A stretch of DNA of 63,364 bases, counting the filler, from Octopus bimaculoides (taxonomy: Eukaryota), in assembly GCF_001194135.2 (NCBI RefSeq). It is 7 parts of 7 records of this genome, joined end to end, with 100 filler letters (N's around TTAATTAATTAA, not from the genome) between each part and the next. Parts side by side here need not be neighbours in the genome. Positions count along the whole stretch, not along the records: positions 1 to 12,391 come from NC_068982.1; 6 more parts are not named here. One strand, given 5' to 3'. Below, piece after piece: positions 1 to 12,491 of this stretch. The number at the start of each line of letters is the position of its first letter. Positions within the stretch are counted from its first letter, which is position 1. Made by a program: the position numbers and the translations under genes. The notes beneath the pieces are model-generated. The model was not told the DNA's origin. It was given only the letters and a program-made list of their open reading frames with translations, and did not search any database.

Positions 1-756
1 AGGGGCAAATTGTGAGCGTCCGTGTGTCTTTGTGCGAGTGGTTGTGTTGCTGTTTTTGTTGGTGTTGGTTGCTTGTTATTTTCGTTCTCAGTGGTTGTCT
101 TCTTGGTTGTTGTTCTTGGTGTTGGTGTTGGTCTGACTTTAGTTTTTGGTGGTGGTGTTGTTTGTGTTTTTGGCTCAGGTGGTGGTGTTGCTTGGTTGGG
201 TTGGATTGTTCGTTGTTGCCGTTCTTTTGTTTTCGCATATAACTGCTTGATTAGTTGTGCATACGGTGGTGTGGGTAATAATGCTGGTGTTTTGGGTTTT
301 TGGTTTTCCCGTGGCTTTTGTTGTTGTTGTTCGTGTTGTTGTTGCTGTTGTTTCGCGGCAGCATTGCAATCCTTTTGGAAGTGAGCTTCACGGCCACATA
401 TGTAACAGCGTGGTCGTTTGCCTTCTACCACTACATAGAGCCTTTGCGTTGATGGTAACTCTATGTGGGTGGGTATTTTATTTAGTGACTCCTGGGTAAT
501 ATGGAGAAGGATCTCCATTTTTTACCCACACACTGTTGCTTTTCAGAAACATTAATTTGTAATATGTCGACCTCCTCCATATCGACACATACGGCTGATG
601 TTATCCATAGTGCATCTACCATGGGAGGAATATTTTTTATATCATTTTTATATCTTCTGTCTTAAGAGTTAGCGTTGAGAATCGTTTCGCTAACTCTTCA
701 CTTTGAAAAATAACTTGTACATGGGCAAATTTATGCCACCAAGTTACATAATCTTT
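1..756 (-). mobile_element. Tx1/L1-like non-LTR retrotransposon ORF1 fragment (degenerate)
   Basis: Minus-strand translation with frameshifts reads FAHVQVIFQSEELAKRFSTLTLKT...KNIPPMVDALWI...LYVVVEGKRPRCYICGREAHFQKDC. This includes a CX2CX4HX4C zinc knuckle at 366-407, followed by a Q/P/T-rich tail. Homologous to the ORF1 at 12.6-13.0 kb. Confidence 0.7.
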
Positions 757-1587
757 NNNNNNNNNNNNNNNNNNNNNNNNNNNNNNNNNNNNNNNNNNNN
801 NNNNNNNNNNNNNNNNNNNNNNNNNNNNNNNNNNNNNNNNNNNNNNNNNNNNNNNNNNNNNNNNNNNNNNNNNNNNNNNNNNNNNNNNNNNNNNNNNNNN
901 NNNNNNNNNNNNNNNNNNNNNNNNNNNNNNNNNNNNNNNNNNNNNNNNNNNNNNNNNNNNNNNNNNNNNNNNNNNNNNNNNNNNNNNNNNNNNNNNNNNN
1001 NNNNNNNNNNNNNNNNNNNNNNNNNNNNNNNNNNNNNNNNNNNNNNNNNNNNNNNNNNNNNNNNNNNNNNNNNNNNNNNNNNNNNNNNNNNNNNNNNNNN
1101 NNNNNNNNNNNNNNNNNNNNNNNNNNNNNNNNNNNNNNNNNNNNNNNNNNNNNNNNNNNNNNNNNNNNNNNNNNNNNNNNNNNNNNNNNNNNNNNNNNNN
1201 NNNNNNNNNNNNNNNNNNNNNNNNNNNNNNNNNNNNNNNNNNNNNNNNNNNNNNNNNNNNNNNNNNNNNNNNNNNNNNNNNNNNNNNNNNNNNNNNNNNN
1301 NNNNNNNNNNNNNNNNNNNNNNNNNNNNNNNNNNNNNNNNNNNNNNNNNNNNNNNNNNNNNNNNNNNNNNNNNNNNNNNNNNNNNNNNNNNNNNNNNNNN
1401 NNNNNNNNNNNNNNNNNNNNNNNNNNNNNNNNNNNNNNNNNNNNNNNNNNNNNNNNNNNNNNNNNNNNNNNNNNNNNNNNNNNNNNNNNNNNNNNNNNNN
1501 NNNNNNNNNNNNNNNNNNNNNNNNNNNNNNNNNNNNNNNNNNNNAACTTACTTGCGAGCCGATGCGACTAGCATCCGTCCAGATCAG

Positions 1588-1588
<1 letters not shown>

Positions 1589-1625
<37 letters not shown>

Positions 1626-1626
1626 G

Positions 1627-1685
<59 letters not shown>
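1589..1685. repeat. (GATA)n microsatellite
   Basis: Direct reading of tandem GATA. Confidence 0.95.
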
Positions 1686-1686
<1 letters not shown>

Positions 1687-1819
1687 CAGACAAATGCATT
1701 TATATGTATATATCCTCAATAGATGTGACTGTGAACAGGGTGAATAAATCATATTTAGCCTCAAATTAAGCAACGCTTTCTTGTAGATCGTATGAATGGA
1801 TAAGACCTTATGATAAGAA

Positions 1820-2220
1820 AGTGAATCATTAACACGCTTGGCAAATTACTTAGTAGCATTTCATCTGCCTTAACGTTCCAAGTCTCCGATGTTAACTTTG
1901 CATTACATCCTCCCGGGGTCGATGAAATAAATAAGTGTCAAGTACTGGGATCGGTATATTCAACTACTTACTCCCCGAAATTTAAAGCCTTTGCCTTAAA
2001 TAGAAAGAATCATTTATTGACAGAATGGTTAGCCCGCCTGACAAAATACTCAGCGTCTCCTCCTTTTTTTACGTTATGTGATTAAGTATCGCCGCGGTCG
2101 ACTTTGGCTTTCAGCCTTTCGGATTCGGTAAAAAATAAAAGCACCGGTGGACCTTTGGCGTCGATGTAATCAATTGGCCTCTACCTCCATTATTTGAGGC
2201 CGTATACTTACCTATAGGAG
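1820..2220 (+). mobile_element. Two degenerate fragments of the abundant SINE family seen at 8712-8940
   Basis: Diverged matches to the SINE body (gactttgcctttcatcc..ggggtcgat..aagtacc..gtcgat). Confidence 0.5.
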
Positions 2221-3559
2221 ATAGGATTATCTACGCATTTTAAGAGGACGAGTTGGCAGATTTGTCAACGAATGGAAATAATGCTTTGCGGCATTTTTTA
2301 CTGCACAGTTATATGTTAACATGTAGATTACATTACGAAATATCTATTCTAACAATAACAAACAGGATTCGCATTGAATGGGTTTTATGTAGATATTATT
2401 TTCGGTGTATTTTTCAATGGATATTAATATTTTCCTTTTTAGTAAAAGAAGAATGTTATTGATTGTTGCCATTGGCGAGTATATTTTTACAGTCCATTAT
2501 TTTATTTTCTATCTGCCTCATTGTAAATAGAGTTGATATTTCGTTGGCTGCTCTTTCTAGCAGATGGTTCTCGGCGTCGTAAGCTCTCAACTACATATTT
2601 CAACACTCATTATTTTCTGTTTCTGTAAATGATCGTTCATTTGCTGAATTTATTACACGATTTTTTCTCCCACTGAACATAATTTTCTCAACTTTTAACA
2701 TGGTGCCAAACAATTTCTTCGTGTTAGCTTTTATTCAAAAGATACTTTTAACGACAGTTGTGTATTTAATTGTTTTCCTTAGTCAAACTATTTTGTTGCG
2801 GGCTACGTTTTGTTTGTGTTAATAAAATCTATTTATTTGAAATACTCAATTTGAGAATTTCGTTCCTCATTATTTTACTTAAATTAAATCGTCTATCTTG
2901 ATTCACGGATGTTTTGCAAGAAATACCCCTCATGACAACTGCGAATTTTCTTATTAGTATCCACTGTAGTTTTACTATCGCCAAATAGTCGCTCAAATGA
3001 TTTTTATCCATTTAGATTCATCAGGACCCCACCCATGATAGGTTCTTTACAGACTCTATATATAATGTTTCACATGAGGTGAAAGTTAATTTAAATCCAC
3101 CTGTTTGGCGTGGCGCATACTTGCGCATCCTCAATTAGACAGAAAAAAGTGTACCTTCATCTTTGGTGACACCTTGCACAATATTTTGAAATCCGCATTT
3201 AACTGACTTATATGCCGATAATTTTTACGTTATCCTCATTGCTTGACAGTTTTCTCAGCCATTCAGCTGCTTTCGAACTTCAGATCGGGGGAATTTTATC
3301 ATTCTGCAGGCAATGCTGTAGATGTACTCTTGCCGACAAATGCTTCCTTACTGAGTGAACAATCAGTTACATTTGAATCATCAGTTGCCCACAGAATGCA
3401 AACACAATCTGAGAAAATTTCAAGATAATAAGACATACTATCCAAATCTCTCTATTCGTTCTTTTCGCCATCCCGTACACACAAATATTTTCTCATATTT
3501 CAGTGCTTCTTATCAACTTTTACAAAAGTCTGTCTCTTTGGCTAACAGTTGCAGAGGGC

Positions 3560-4700
3560 TGGCGAATTTGGTACTGAAATGCCCCCGATGCTCGCCATTC
3601 GTCTCCATCAACGGACAGAAACACAACTGAAGATTTGTACTCATTTGCTTGGGTTCGAGTAGTTGCCACCTTGCTACTTTGCCGTTTAGAATAGCCTTGA
3701 TCCTCGTTTCCTGAGATCACGCACGTCATCTCAGACAATGCAGCCTTTCTGCATCGCATAGAAGAATTTGTTGCGGGCCAGTTTGCTCAAAGGCACTTTT
3801 GATGCCATGCCTTTCCTCGGCACCTGTCTTTAGTTTGTAAGTCACCTTCTATACTTCGTTTTCTCTGTCACCTCGTCCTTACTAACCCCAGTAGGTTTAA
3901 CTTTAATCCCTGTTTCAGAACGAACCACCATTAGTTGTTAATGGCTGCCCGTATACATGCCCATCTAATTAATACACTAGTGTAAGCTTGGCACTCCAGA
4001 AATGACGCGTTCACCTTCCAGTAGCTGTGTTGTCTACAAAACATATATAGATAATTCGCACGAATCAAAAATTTTTGGTCTAAGTAGACAATGATTTTAT
4101 ACTAGTCTACAAGTACAACTATCTAAATACAATGTCGATGACCCGATACTCTGTCTCCAGGTGAAAGTCTGCACATTCAAGTAACCCAGTTGTTACCCTG
4201 CAGGTAGTTATAGAGATCTAAGCAGGTTTGCGAGGATTTTATACCCACCTCTCTTATCACAATTCGAACGTGCATCGAAGATGATGTTCTTGTTGACCAC
4301 TAGCATTTAAAAGCAGGATTTTCCTGATAATCCTCCAGACGCCAGAAGGAGTATTGTAGCCCAACCCTGTCCCAGGATAATTTGAATGCAGCACTTTTGA
4401 TAGTGTTCAAATCCAAGAATACCGACTTGCTTTCTGCGTTCAAAACAATGGTCCGCATTGTGAGATCCTAGATTGTTCTCAAAGAATTCACTAGCACCAC
4501 CGTCCAATCCTAATCGAGTTGATGGTAAGTAATGCACGTGTTGTTGTTGGTAGGAATTCTTTGGAATGCACGTGATGCTGTTGGGATGGAATCCCTGAGA
4601 TGGTTTGTGTTTCCTCAGTTGAAGCACCTCGCCCTTCTCACAACTGCCATGTTTAATTGCTAACCTTTTAGGGATCTATGAGACGCTGAGGATTTTGTAC
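3560..4700 (-). mobile_element. Decayed RTE-like LINE, 5' part (APE endonuclease start)
   Basis: Minus-strand GYLNVQTF (resembling the APE N-terminal GTWNVRTL motif) near 4170-4195, and AALSE..ISG in ORF 3520-3759. Many stops and frameshifts. Confidence 0.45.
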
Positions 4701-4919
4701 TTCACCGAATTCAAAATTTCCATTCCCAGCCAGCATAACTAATTGATTTGACGTCGTGCTTGATATTTAGAAAAAATATGTTCAGTGTGAACAAAGCGTA
4801 TATACTAATAATTTACCCAAACACAAAAAAAATAAGTTGTGCTGCAATGTATTTGTGAAACGCCGAGAACATGAAATGTGCATGAACTTTTTTTTTATTT
4901 CTGGCGAAGCCGCAAACAA

Positions 4920-5990
4920 AAAGTCAACCATTCAGTGCTGATATCAGAATGGAGTTCAGACTGAGAAAGTGTTGTCTGTTAGTATTGAAGAGAGGCAAAA
5001 TCAATTGTATGGACGGGCTATCGATACCGTCGGGGGAGATTTGAAGCATATAGAAGAGACGAGCTATAAGTACTTGGGGATTTTAGAAATGGATAAATTG
5101 ATGGAGAACGAAATGAGAGAAACATTTGTGGAATACTAACAGACTGAGATTGATCCTGAACTCGAAATTAAACGGACGGAATAAGATCGAAGCTACCAAC
5201 ATGTGGGTGGTTTCCCTCCTTAGATATGGAGCAGGGGTCGCATGGACAGTAAACGAACTCAACAGCTTAGGCAGAAAGACAAGGAAATTGCTAACACGAT
5301 ATGGGTCACCCCACACAAAAAGCGACACAGACAGACTGCATGTACCAAGAAAAATAGGGGAAGAGGACTTATTGGATGCGAACACAGTATTAGAGTTGTG
5401 AGTAAAGAATATAATGCATGGTCAATTTCATAGGGATGTTGAAGATAAGACAGAGAAGATGGCTGTGGATGACTAAATGTGATTTAAAACCGGAAACGGA
5501 GGCACTAATCTATGTTGCCCAATAGCAAGCACTAAGAACAAACAATATAAAATACAGAATAGACAACATATGAGAAACTGATAAGCATAGAACAAAACGG
5601 TTAAACCGTATGGCATACTAGCAGCCAATGTACGTCACTAGCACAGAAGGAAAAATAAGAGACCGCACAACAATATAGCCAGATTTGTCCATTGGACACT
5701 TTGCAACAAGTATGGACTCAACAGAAATATGACAGGTTAGCTTCAGAGGTTAAGCAGCTGTGATCGATGAAGAATGTAGCAGTAGTAGCAATAATTGTCG
5801 GAACCATGGGAACAGTGAGTAAAAATCTCGAGAAGTGCGTGGAGCACTTGCAGAAAACTGCACTGCTTGGAACCGCTCGTATACTCCGGAAGGTGCTAAA
5901 AAAATAAGAGGTGTTACCTTAATTCACTGGTAGTGAACAGTTGACACTGTAGTACATCTCCAGGTGTGCAAAGCAACAACAACAACAGCA
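4920..5990 (+). mobile_element. 5'-truncated R4/Dong-like (RLE-type) non-LTR retrotransposon
   Basis: YKYLGILE; RLRLILNSKLNGRNKIEA; SDTDRLHVPRK..GRGL; C-terminal KTALLGTARILRKVL; structured 3' UTR, then a microsatellite tail. Confidence 0.75.
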
Positions 5991-5994
5991 ATAC

Positions 5995-6067
<73 letters not shown>

Positions 6068-6150
6068 AAGAAGAAGAAGAAGAAGAAGAAGAAGAAGAAG
6101 AAGAAGAAGAAGAAGAAGAAGAAGAAGAAGAAGAAGAATGATAATAATAA
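5995..6150. repeat. Compound (AAT)n(AAG)n microsatellite
   Basis: Direct reading; it explains the poly-I/R/N/K/S ORFs. Confidence 0.95.
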
Positions 6151-7544
6151 TGACTTCTAATTTGGCAAAATGATTCCAACTTTTGTACTTGAGGATTAGC
6201 TGCCTAAATTGCCATTAGTTGACCCCCGATTTCAATTCAGAAGGCAAAGAGACTGAGGAAATATCACAATATTTTTTTTCTGATGTCTTAACTATTCTTC
6301 CTCGCACTTAATAATACTTGTTGTTGATTGAGGTACAATACTCGCAGTTTTAGAAATAAGGAATTAGTCAATGAAATAGATCCTAGTATATGAGTTGTAC
6401 TTTATTGTATTCGAATCTGGAGAGACTGGAAGCAAATATTACGTTGGTGGGATTTGAATTCATAATGTAAAGATTTATAGAAAAATGTTGAAAACTAGTT
6501 TGACCAACGCGCTAGAAATTCTGATAATGATTCCGTTGGTGATAATGTTTTCCTTGTTTGTTTATATCTTGTGAAAAAAATGTGTATGTTTACTCATGAA
6601 TATTTTTCAATGTATGTGCGTTTTTATGTGTTGTTAGTAGGTATAATTATATGTATGTTTGTGTTAGTAATTACAGCTTTATTGAATGCATTCATCGTTT
6701 GTTTCATTATATTTTTTTATTCTACTTATATTACTATTCCTGATGAAATTATGTTGATCTTAACGTTGTTTTGCATTTGATATCTACTTGATGGTAGTGA
6801 TGTTGATTGCAATATTTTTAGTGTTGTTTATGTTGTTGATGATGTTTATATATTCTGAATTATACTTCACCCAACTTAACTATTTTTAGTTCTCATCTTC
6901 TATTCACTACCTCTGCAATTTCAAATTAGCACACTCCTCCCCGTTTGAATCTATGAGTGTGTTTTCTTTTCTTCTGGTTGTCATAATGTTGCTCTCGTAG
7001 TTCTGTTGTTGATGCTGTTGTTCTCTGTTTTCATAATGTCTAGATGATTTAGTTTCTACTTAAAAGCTATGTCAGACAATTCGAATGCAAACAGTGACAA
7101 AACAAAAAATTAAATTCTATTTCTACCTCAACAAAAAATGCTATAAAATAAGAAGAGCGTGTTATAACAAAAATAGATGTTTTATTTTTTCAGATATTTA
7201 CAATATGGCCACAAACATTGGTGATTATTCTCTTTTTTTAGAAATGGAACTGTGTGGATCTTTTATGTATGTCTAGGGAGGATTGGCTTCGTTAGGTCTA
7301 TCATTTTGTACAGTTTAGGTGAACAGTATGGTTCGAACAAACAGTGGTCAAAATCTTTCCAGTCGTACTCATCTCATCCTTTTTACTTAACAGATTGTAT
7401 TGTTAGTGTATTCCTCAATATTCCAGGCAATATCGTACGATTTGATAGAATTGGTTGATATTTCTAGCAGGTCGAATGACTATATGTAGGATAATTTGTT
7501 AGCTTGAGGTAGACAAATGTAGCTCAATCTGACGTAGATCGTAC

Positions 7545-7625
7545 CTGTCAAAACATATTTTACTTTTTCTAATGTCTTTAACATTTTCAACCTGAGAACA
7601 TTTAAACAGTCGCATCTACATGAAT
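7545..7625 (-). CDS. Candidate exon 4 of an unknown spliced gene ((D)SCRCDCLNVLRLKMLKTLEKVKYVLT)
   Basis: Acceptor ...GAACTTTCAG, donor ACAG|GTACGA; 81 bp, open phase 1 to phase 1, compatible with the upstream candidates. No homolog recognised. Confidence 0.3.
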
Positions 7626-7735
7626 CTGAAAGTTCTCTGAAGGACCATAAACGATAAAAAATATGTGACGATCCATATGCAAAGATATTCGGTTGTCAAT
7701 TAGTTTAATTCGTTAACTATTACCATATATGTATG

Positions 7736-7768
<33 letters not shown>

Positions 7769-7802
7769 NNNNNNNNNNNNNNNNNNNNNNNNNNNNNNNN
7801 NN

Positions 7803-7840
<38 letters not shown>

Positions 7841-8683
7841 ACCAGAATCAAAAATCAGTGCCTTGGCATGTCAACAAAATATTAAATTGCGTTAATATCA
7901 AGTGTTGTTCTAGACATTATAATGAAATCAGGATCAGACTATTTTATTTCAATATTCAATATTCACTATATTTTTACTTCAATATAAACAATAACGTTTT
8001 CGTGTTTAAGATAAGCAAACATTGGAACAAAGCGAATATTAACTGGCCATATTCTCCTTATACACGAGAGAAAACAGATATATTTCTGGCTAACAACATT
8101 GCAAACAAATACGGACAACATTTTATCGATATTCGTTTCTAATGCACATGGCAAACTCAGGGTGGTGTCCAACATTTTATCTGATATGGAATTAATAGAC
8201 CTCAAATCTACTTTACATAAATACTTTAACTAGAGTGAATATCGTAGACATTATTCTAAAAGAACTTGTGTTTCATCTTCGGGGTAACGGTTAATTCAAC
8301 TCATTTGTTTGGTTTCTAAATTTCATTTAGCATTTTACTGTGGTTTTAATATGCGAAATCGAGTTGAAGAAATGAAAGTTTATTTCACCGAAGTTTATAA
8401 TGCAGTGCCCACATTCTATTGGCGGATACAACAGTAACAATATAAAGAAGAAAAAAACAAACTAGTAGATAGCAATATGAAAGCGATTTAAATGTATGAT
8501 CCAACGTACTAATAGCTAAAGCAGTTGAAATACACATTGCTTTAATGCTATGATTACTGAAATACTAGTTGCAATGATACGTTCGCCCTCAACTTTCAAG
8601 AAGAAAAGCAAAGTACAAATAAAATAAATATTTCGATATATTAATGGTTTTTCATGGCGTTAGTGTAGTAATCACGTGGCATG

Positions 8684-9240
8684 CCAAACCTCTTATCTGT
8701 GAATATATGACAGCGGCGAGCTGGCAAAATCGTTAGCACGCCGGGCAAAATGCTTAGCGGTATTTCGACTGCCATTACGTTCTGAGTTCAAATACCGCCG
8801 AAGTCGACTTTGCCTTTAAACCTTTTTGGGTCGATTAAATAAGTACCAGTGCGTAACTGGGGTCGATGTAATCGACTTAATACATTCGACTGTCCTTGTT
8901 TGTTTCCTCTAAGTTTAGACCCATGTGGGCAATAAATAAATATATGACAGCGTAACTTCTTTCCATGAGCCTTGGAGACCGGGTACAGGATTAATAGATG
9001 TTCTATTTTTCTCTAAGGAAAACATGTAAAATGATGCTTAGAAGTGTGAGTTTGTTCCCAATATGCTAATATCGATAGATACGTCGGAAGCCAAACCTCT
9101 TATCTGAGAACAGCCAAATTTTCTTTCCGTTAGCCATGGAGACCAGGTACAGGATTAGCAGATGTTCTATTTCGTCTAACGAAAACAAGTAAAATGATTC
9201 TTAAAAGTGCGTTTTTTTAATTCAGTATGCTGACATCATT
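8684..9240 (+). repeat. Tandem duplication of a ~150-bp unit; first copy interrupted by a SINE
   Basis: Two copies of gccaaacctcttatctg...ggagacc(g/a)ggtacaggatta..agatgttctattt...gtaaaatgat. Confidence 0.8.
8712..8940 (+). mobile_element. SINE with a 14-bp target-site duplication
   Basis: Body ggcgagctggca..cgttagcacgccgggc..gagttcaaat..gtcgactttgcc. TSD aatatatgacagcg at 8702-8715 and 8939-8952. Confidence 0.9.
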
Positions 9241-9764
9241 AAAAAGAAAAGCATCAAAAGTGTTATCGTAAATGTTCCCGGCAAATTCTTTGCAAGCAAT
9301 ACCCACGTTTCTCTCCATATCCATTTCTCCATACACTGTTCTTTGATTTGTGTTACTCCGGACTACTAAACTCAATATTGCTCCTGAACGACGTGCTCAA
9401 TGTAACTCCCACTCATTTATCCATTATTGATGTTTCAGCGTCTTGCACATCGAAATACAGTATAAAGAAATAGGATCAATATCCAGCGATAAAATCGTCA
9501 GTAATCCTACTTCATCTTAAGATGCTGTCAATCCCGTAACAACCGAAATCGATTAGAGCTATGTAATAAAACAATTTTGTGGTAAGTATTCAAAACTTAG
9601 TTTAATTAGTAAGCCTTATCTAATATGTTCTTGCATATTCAAAATACTGCTTGAGATGAAGGAGGAGACATGGTTGATAATTCCAGCAGTTTAAATCATT
9701 TTATTTCCTCTAAGGAATTATAGATTTGCACCAAAATATCAATATATGCATTAACCAATTATGT

Positions 9765-10005
9765 CTACATTATGTGCATTATTTACATTTGACGGATATT
9801 TGTACTCATCTTGTCTGTTGCTAACATAATATTTCGGCTGATACACTCTCCAGCCTTCATCAGGTGTCTTGAAGAAATTTCGAACCTGGGTTCTCATTCC
9901 TAAGGCATTTATCGATGTTATTATTATTCAAGTCACTGCTTGGAATCGAACTCGGAATCTTGGAGTTACTAGCTCCCGCTCTTAACCATTACGCTATATG
10001 CTCAC
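9765..10005 (-). mobile_element. SINE-like element: tRNA-derived head + (AAT)n + hammerhead-containing body
   Basis: A box TAGCGTAATGGTTAAG (9981-9996), B box GAGTTCGATTCC (9942-9953). The body matches the copies at 35554-35680 and 35770-35966. Confidence 0.75.
9823..9868 (-). ncRNA. Minimal type I hammerhead ribozyme motif (partly decayed)
   Basis: GACAC CTGATGA A GGCTG-loop-CAGCC GAAA TA T T ATGTT: intact core, 5-bp stem II, palindromic AUAU stem III, one stem I mismatch, H17=U. Confidence 0.6.
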
Positions 10006-10210
10006 AGGCATATCATAATTCTACATCTCTTAAATATAGAACTGCAATTATGTCTAATGATATTGAGAATACTAGAAAATGTTACAGGCGGTATTTTTCA
10101 TGTTCCTCATCCGTTTACATAAAAAAATAAACATTCTTCATATAAAAATAACTCTATCTATATAGAGCATATCTTGAAACACATTGCCTCTGAGTCAAGT
10201 CAAGTCCAAC

Positions 10211-10271
10211 CTGCAAATCCTTCCCGAGATGAAGTCATGTTAAATATTCTTATATTTGGATATTTTGGGAC
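10211..10271 (-). CDS. Candidate exon 3 of an unknown spliced gene (VPKYPNIRIFNMTSSREGFA)
   Basis: CAG|GTC...GCA G|GTTGGA; 61 bp, open phase 0 to phase 1; weak polypyrimidine tract. Confidence 0.25.
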
Positions 10272-11972
10272 CTGCATATCTTACATACGCACACAATATA
10301 ACAAGATAAGTGCAATACCAATCTGCTTCGTATACTATCAAATATTATCAGAAAAGAAAAAAAGAATATACTGGTTATGGTGAGATTGATACGAATCACA
10401 GTCGAACGTGGCCAAATGTCTTCTATCACATCACGGATCAACCAAAGAATTGAGTGAGCGATTTGGTAATTGGAAATTGTGCAGAATCCTATAAAAAGAG
10501 CTGTTTTTACTCTCGGATAGTAGACTTAATTCATCGCTCAGCTGAACCTCATCTAGTAGGTGAGTCACTCTCGCAGTGTACTATATTTGAAGCCGGAGAA
10601 AATTGCCGATGTGAGAACATCTTCCTACTTTCTTCTAGTCATTGTTGAAGGTTTTCTAAAGAGAAGGCGACACCACTCTTGATCTAATATTTAAGCCAAT
10701 ATAAAAAATAAAAAAACTCAGTACTCTAAATGATATACTAATACAAAATATAATGGCGTTAAACATTAGAAATAACGCTGTACTATTTCAATAATATATC
10801 TGTTTAGTATTCTGTGTTTATATTGTGCAAGCTCTTTTTAAAACAATAACATCAGCATCTATAATTACATCTGTGACACTAAAATATAATTAAAGTATTT
10901 AAAGCTTCGTCAAGAACTCCTACATGTGTACATACATAATTCTAACATATACACAATTGTAACAACACAGAGTTGCATTATAAGGCATTATAAAGAAAAT
11001 TTATTACAAGTTCAACAATAAATGCTAAAAAAGATATTTAATATAAACACAGAGAGGAATCAATGAAATAATTAAAAAATGGGTAAGAAATAAAAGAAAT
11101 AAATTAACAATCAAATCATGAAAACTACCAAAGAAAGGAAAGTCGAATACACTGTTAGACAGACACATAGGCTATAGAAGCAAGTAATCTATTTCACGAG
11201 ATTTTCAATTCAGCTAAAATAACTATTGCAACAGTTTTAGAGATTGCATAACAATGCTATATTGAAATTTTGCCATAAATACTGTCACAAATAGACGTCA
11301 AAAACCACCTGTTGTTAATGTTCTTCAACTCATCTCTATTCTCTCTGCCTTTCAAATATATCTATAAATTCTGTCGCTGTTTCAGTGTCAAATTACAAGA
11401 TTGACAATGACTTTCCAAACATCATTTGAATTTTGTGGAAGCGGTTGTAATTCCGAATTTGGTGTGTTTTATTCCACCCTCTGTTACCGGTTTGTATTAT
11501 GATGTTATGTAAGTGTAGTGGATCGTCAAAGCATCGGATAATGTCTTGCAGGATTTGCTCTGGCTATTTATGTTCTATGTGCTCAAATATCGTTACCTTT
11601 TTACCTTTTTTCCAGCTGGTTTCTAGAAAATAATGTACTAGTCAAGTAGTGGTCAAATTTGATCTTCTAATCATCATCGAAATTTTCATCCATTTGCTCA
11701 TGTTATACAACATTGTAAAATATGTATGTCAAACAATTTCATATTACTTATCATATTCGGCTTTTTTTTTTTTTGCATGCTTCGGAAACCAACTCCGTAA
11801 TTAGCCTGTTAGTAATCCCATCCGGTCTCATATAAAACATTTGAGTATCGCTTATTTTCATGAGATATCATGAAAATCATTTCATACTATATACGTGCAA
11901 TTTACGAAAGTGTCGTTAATAATCTACTTAAAACGAATTACTTAATACTTTATAGCTAATTTACTTTTCTAC

Positions 11973-12034
11973 CTGATAATAAACTTTATTCCTGTTGTGC
12001 TTTTCCACTTCTCGATTACGGTAACTCTCCATGG
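11973..12034 (-). CDS. Candidate exon 2 of an unknown spliced gene ((A)MESYRNREVEKHNRNKVYYQ)
   Basis: Acceptor ATCTTCAG|CC ATG G, donor CAG|GTAGAA; 62 bp, phase 1 to phase 0; joins exon 16657-16741 in frame. Confidence 0.4.
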
Positions 12035-12144
12035 CTGAAGATTATCACAAGGTATCAAACTTTATACGCAAACATCCACTGTAATGTAGATTATAATCGT
12101 GTCCGGAGTCACATGATTCGTATATGATTTTCTTGTTGAACCTT

Positions 12145-12189
12145 TTTCTTCTTCTTCTTCTTCTTCTTCTTCTTCTTCTTCTTCTTCTT

Positions 12190-12250
<61 letters not shown>
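12145..12250. repeat. Compound (CTT)n(ATT)n microsatellite
   Basis: Direct reading. Confidence 0.95.
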
Positions 12251-12251
<1 letters not shown>

Positions 12252-12491
12252 GTTGTTTTTTTTTCTTCTTCAAATTTTCTTCCATTTCTCGCCGAGTGTT
12301 TTCCGTACACCTAGGGCAGAGAAACTCGTTGTATGCATTCCCAGTTTACACACGCAAATTCACAGGTAAAACATGTATTTAAGAAAAAAAANNNNNNNNN
12401 NNNNNNNNNNNNNNNNNNNNNNNNNNNNNNNNNNNTTAATTAATTAANNNNNNNNNNNNNNNNNNNNNNNNNNNNNNNNNNNNNNNNNNNN

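Noticed and set aside
7194-7266. Plus-strand exon candidate (IYNMATNIGDYSLFLEMELCGSF) and a terminal-exon-like frame at 10351-10452
   Set aside because: Isolated, with no recognisable homology and no consistent chain of exons; short open frames with AG/GT are expected by chance.
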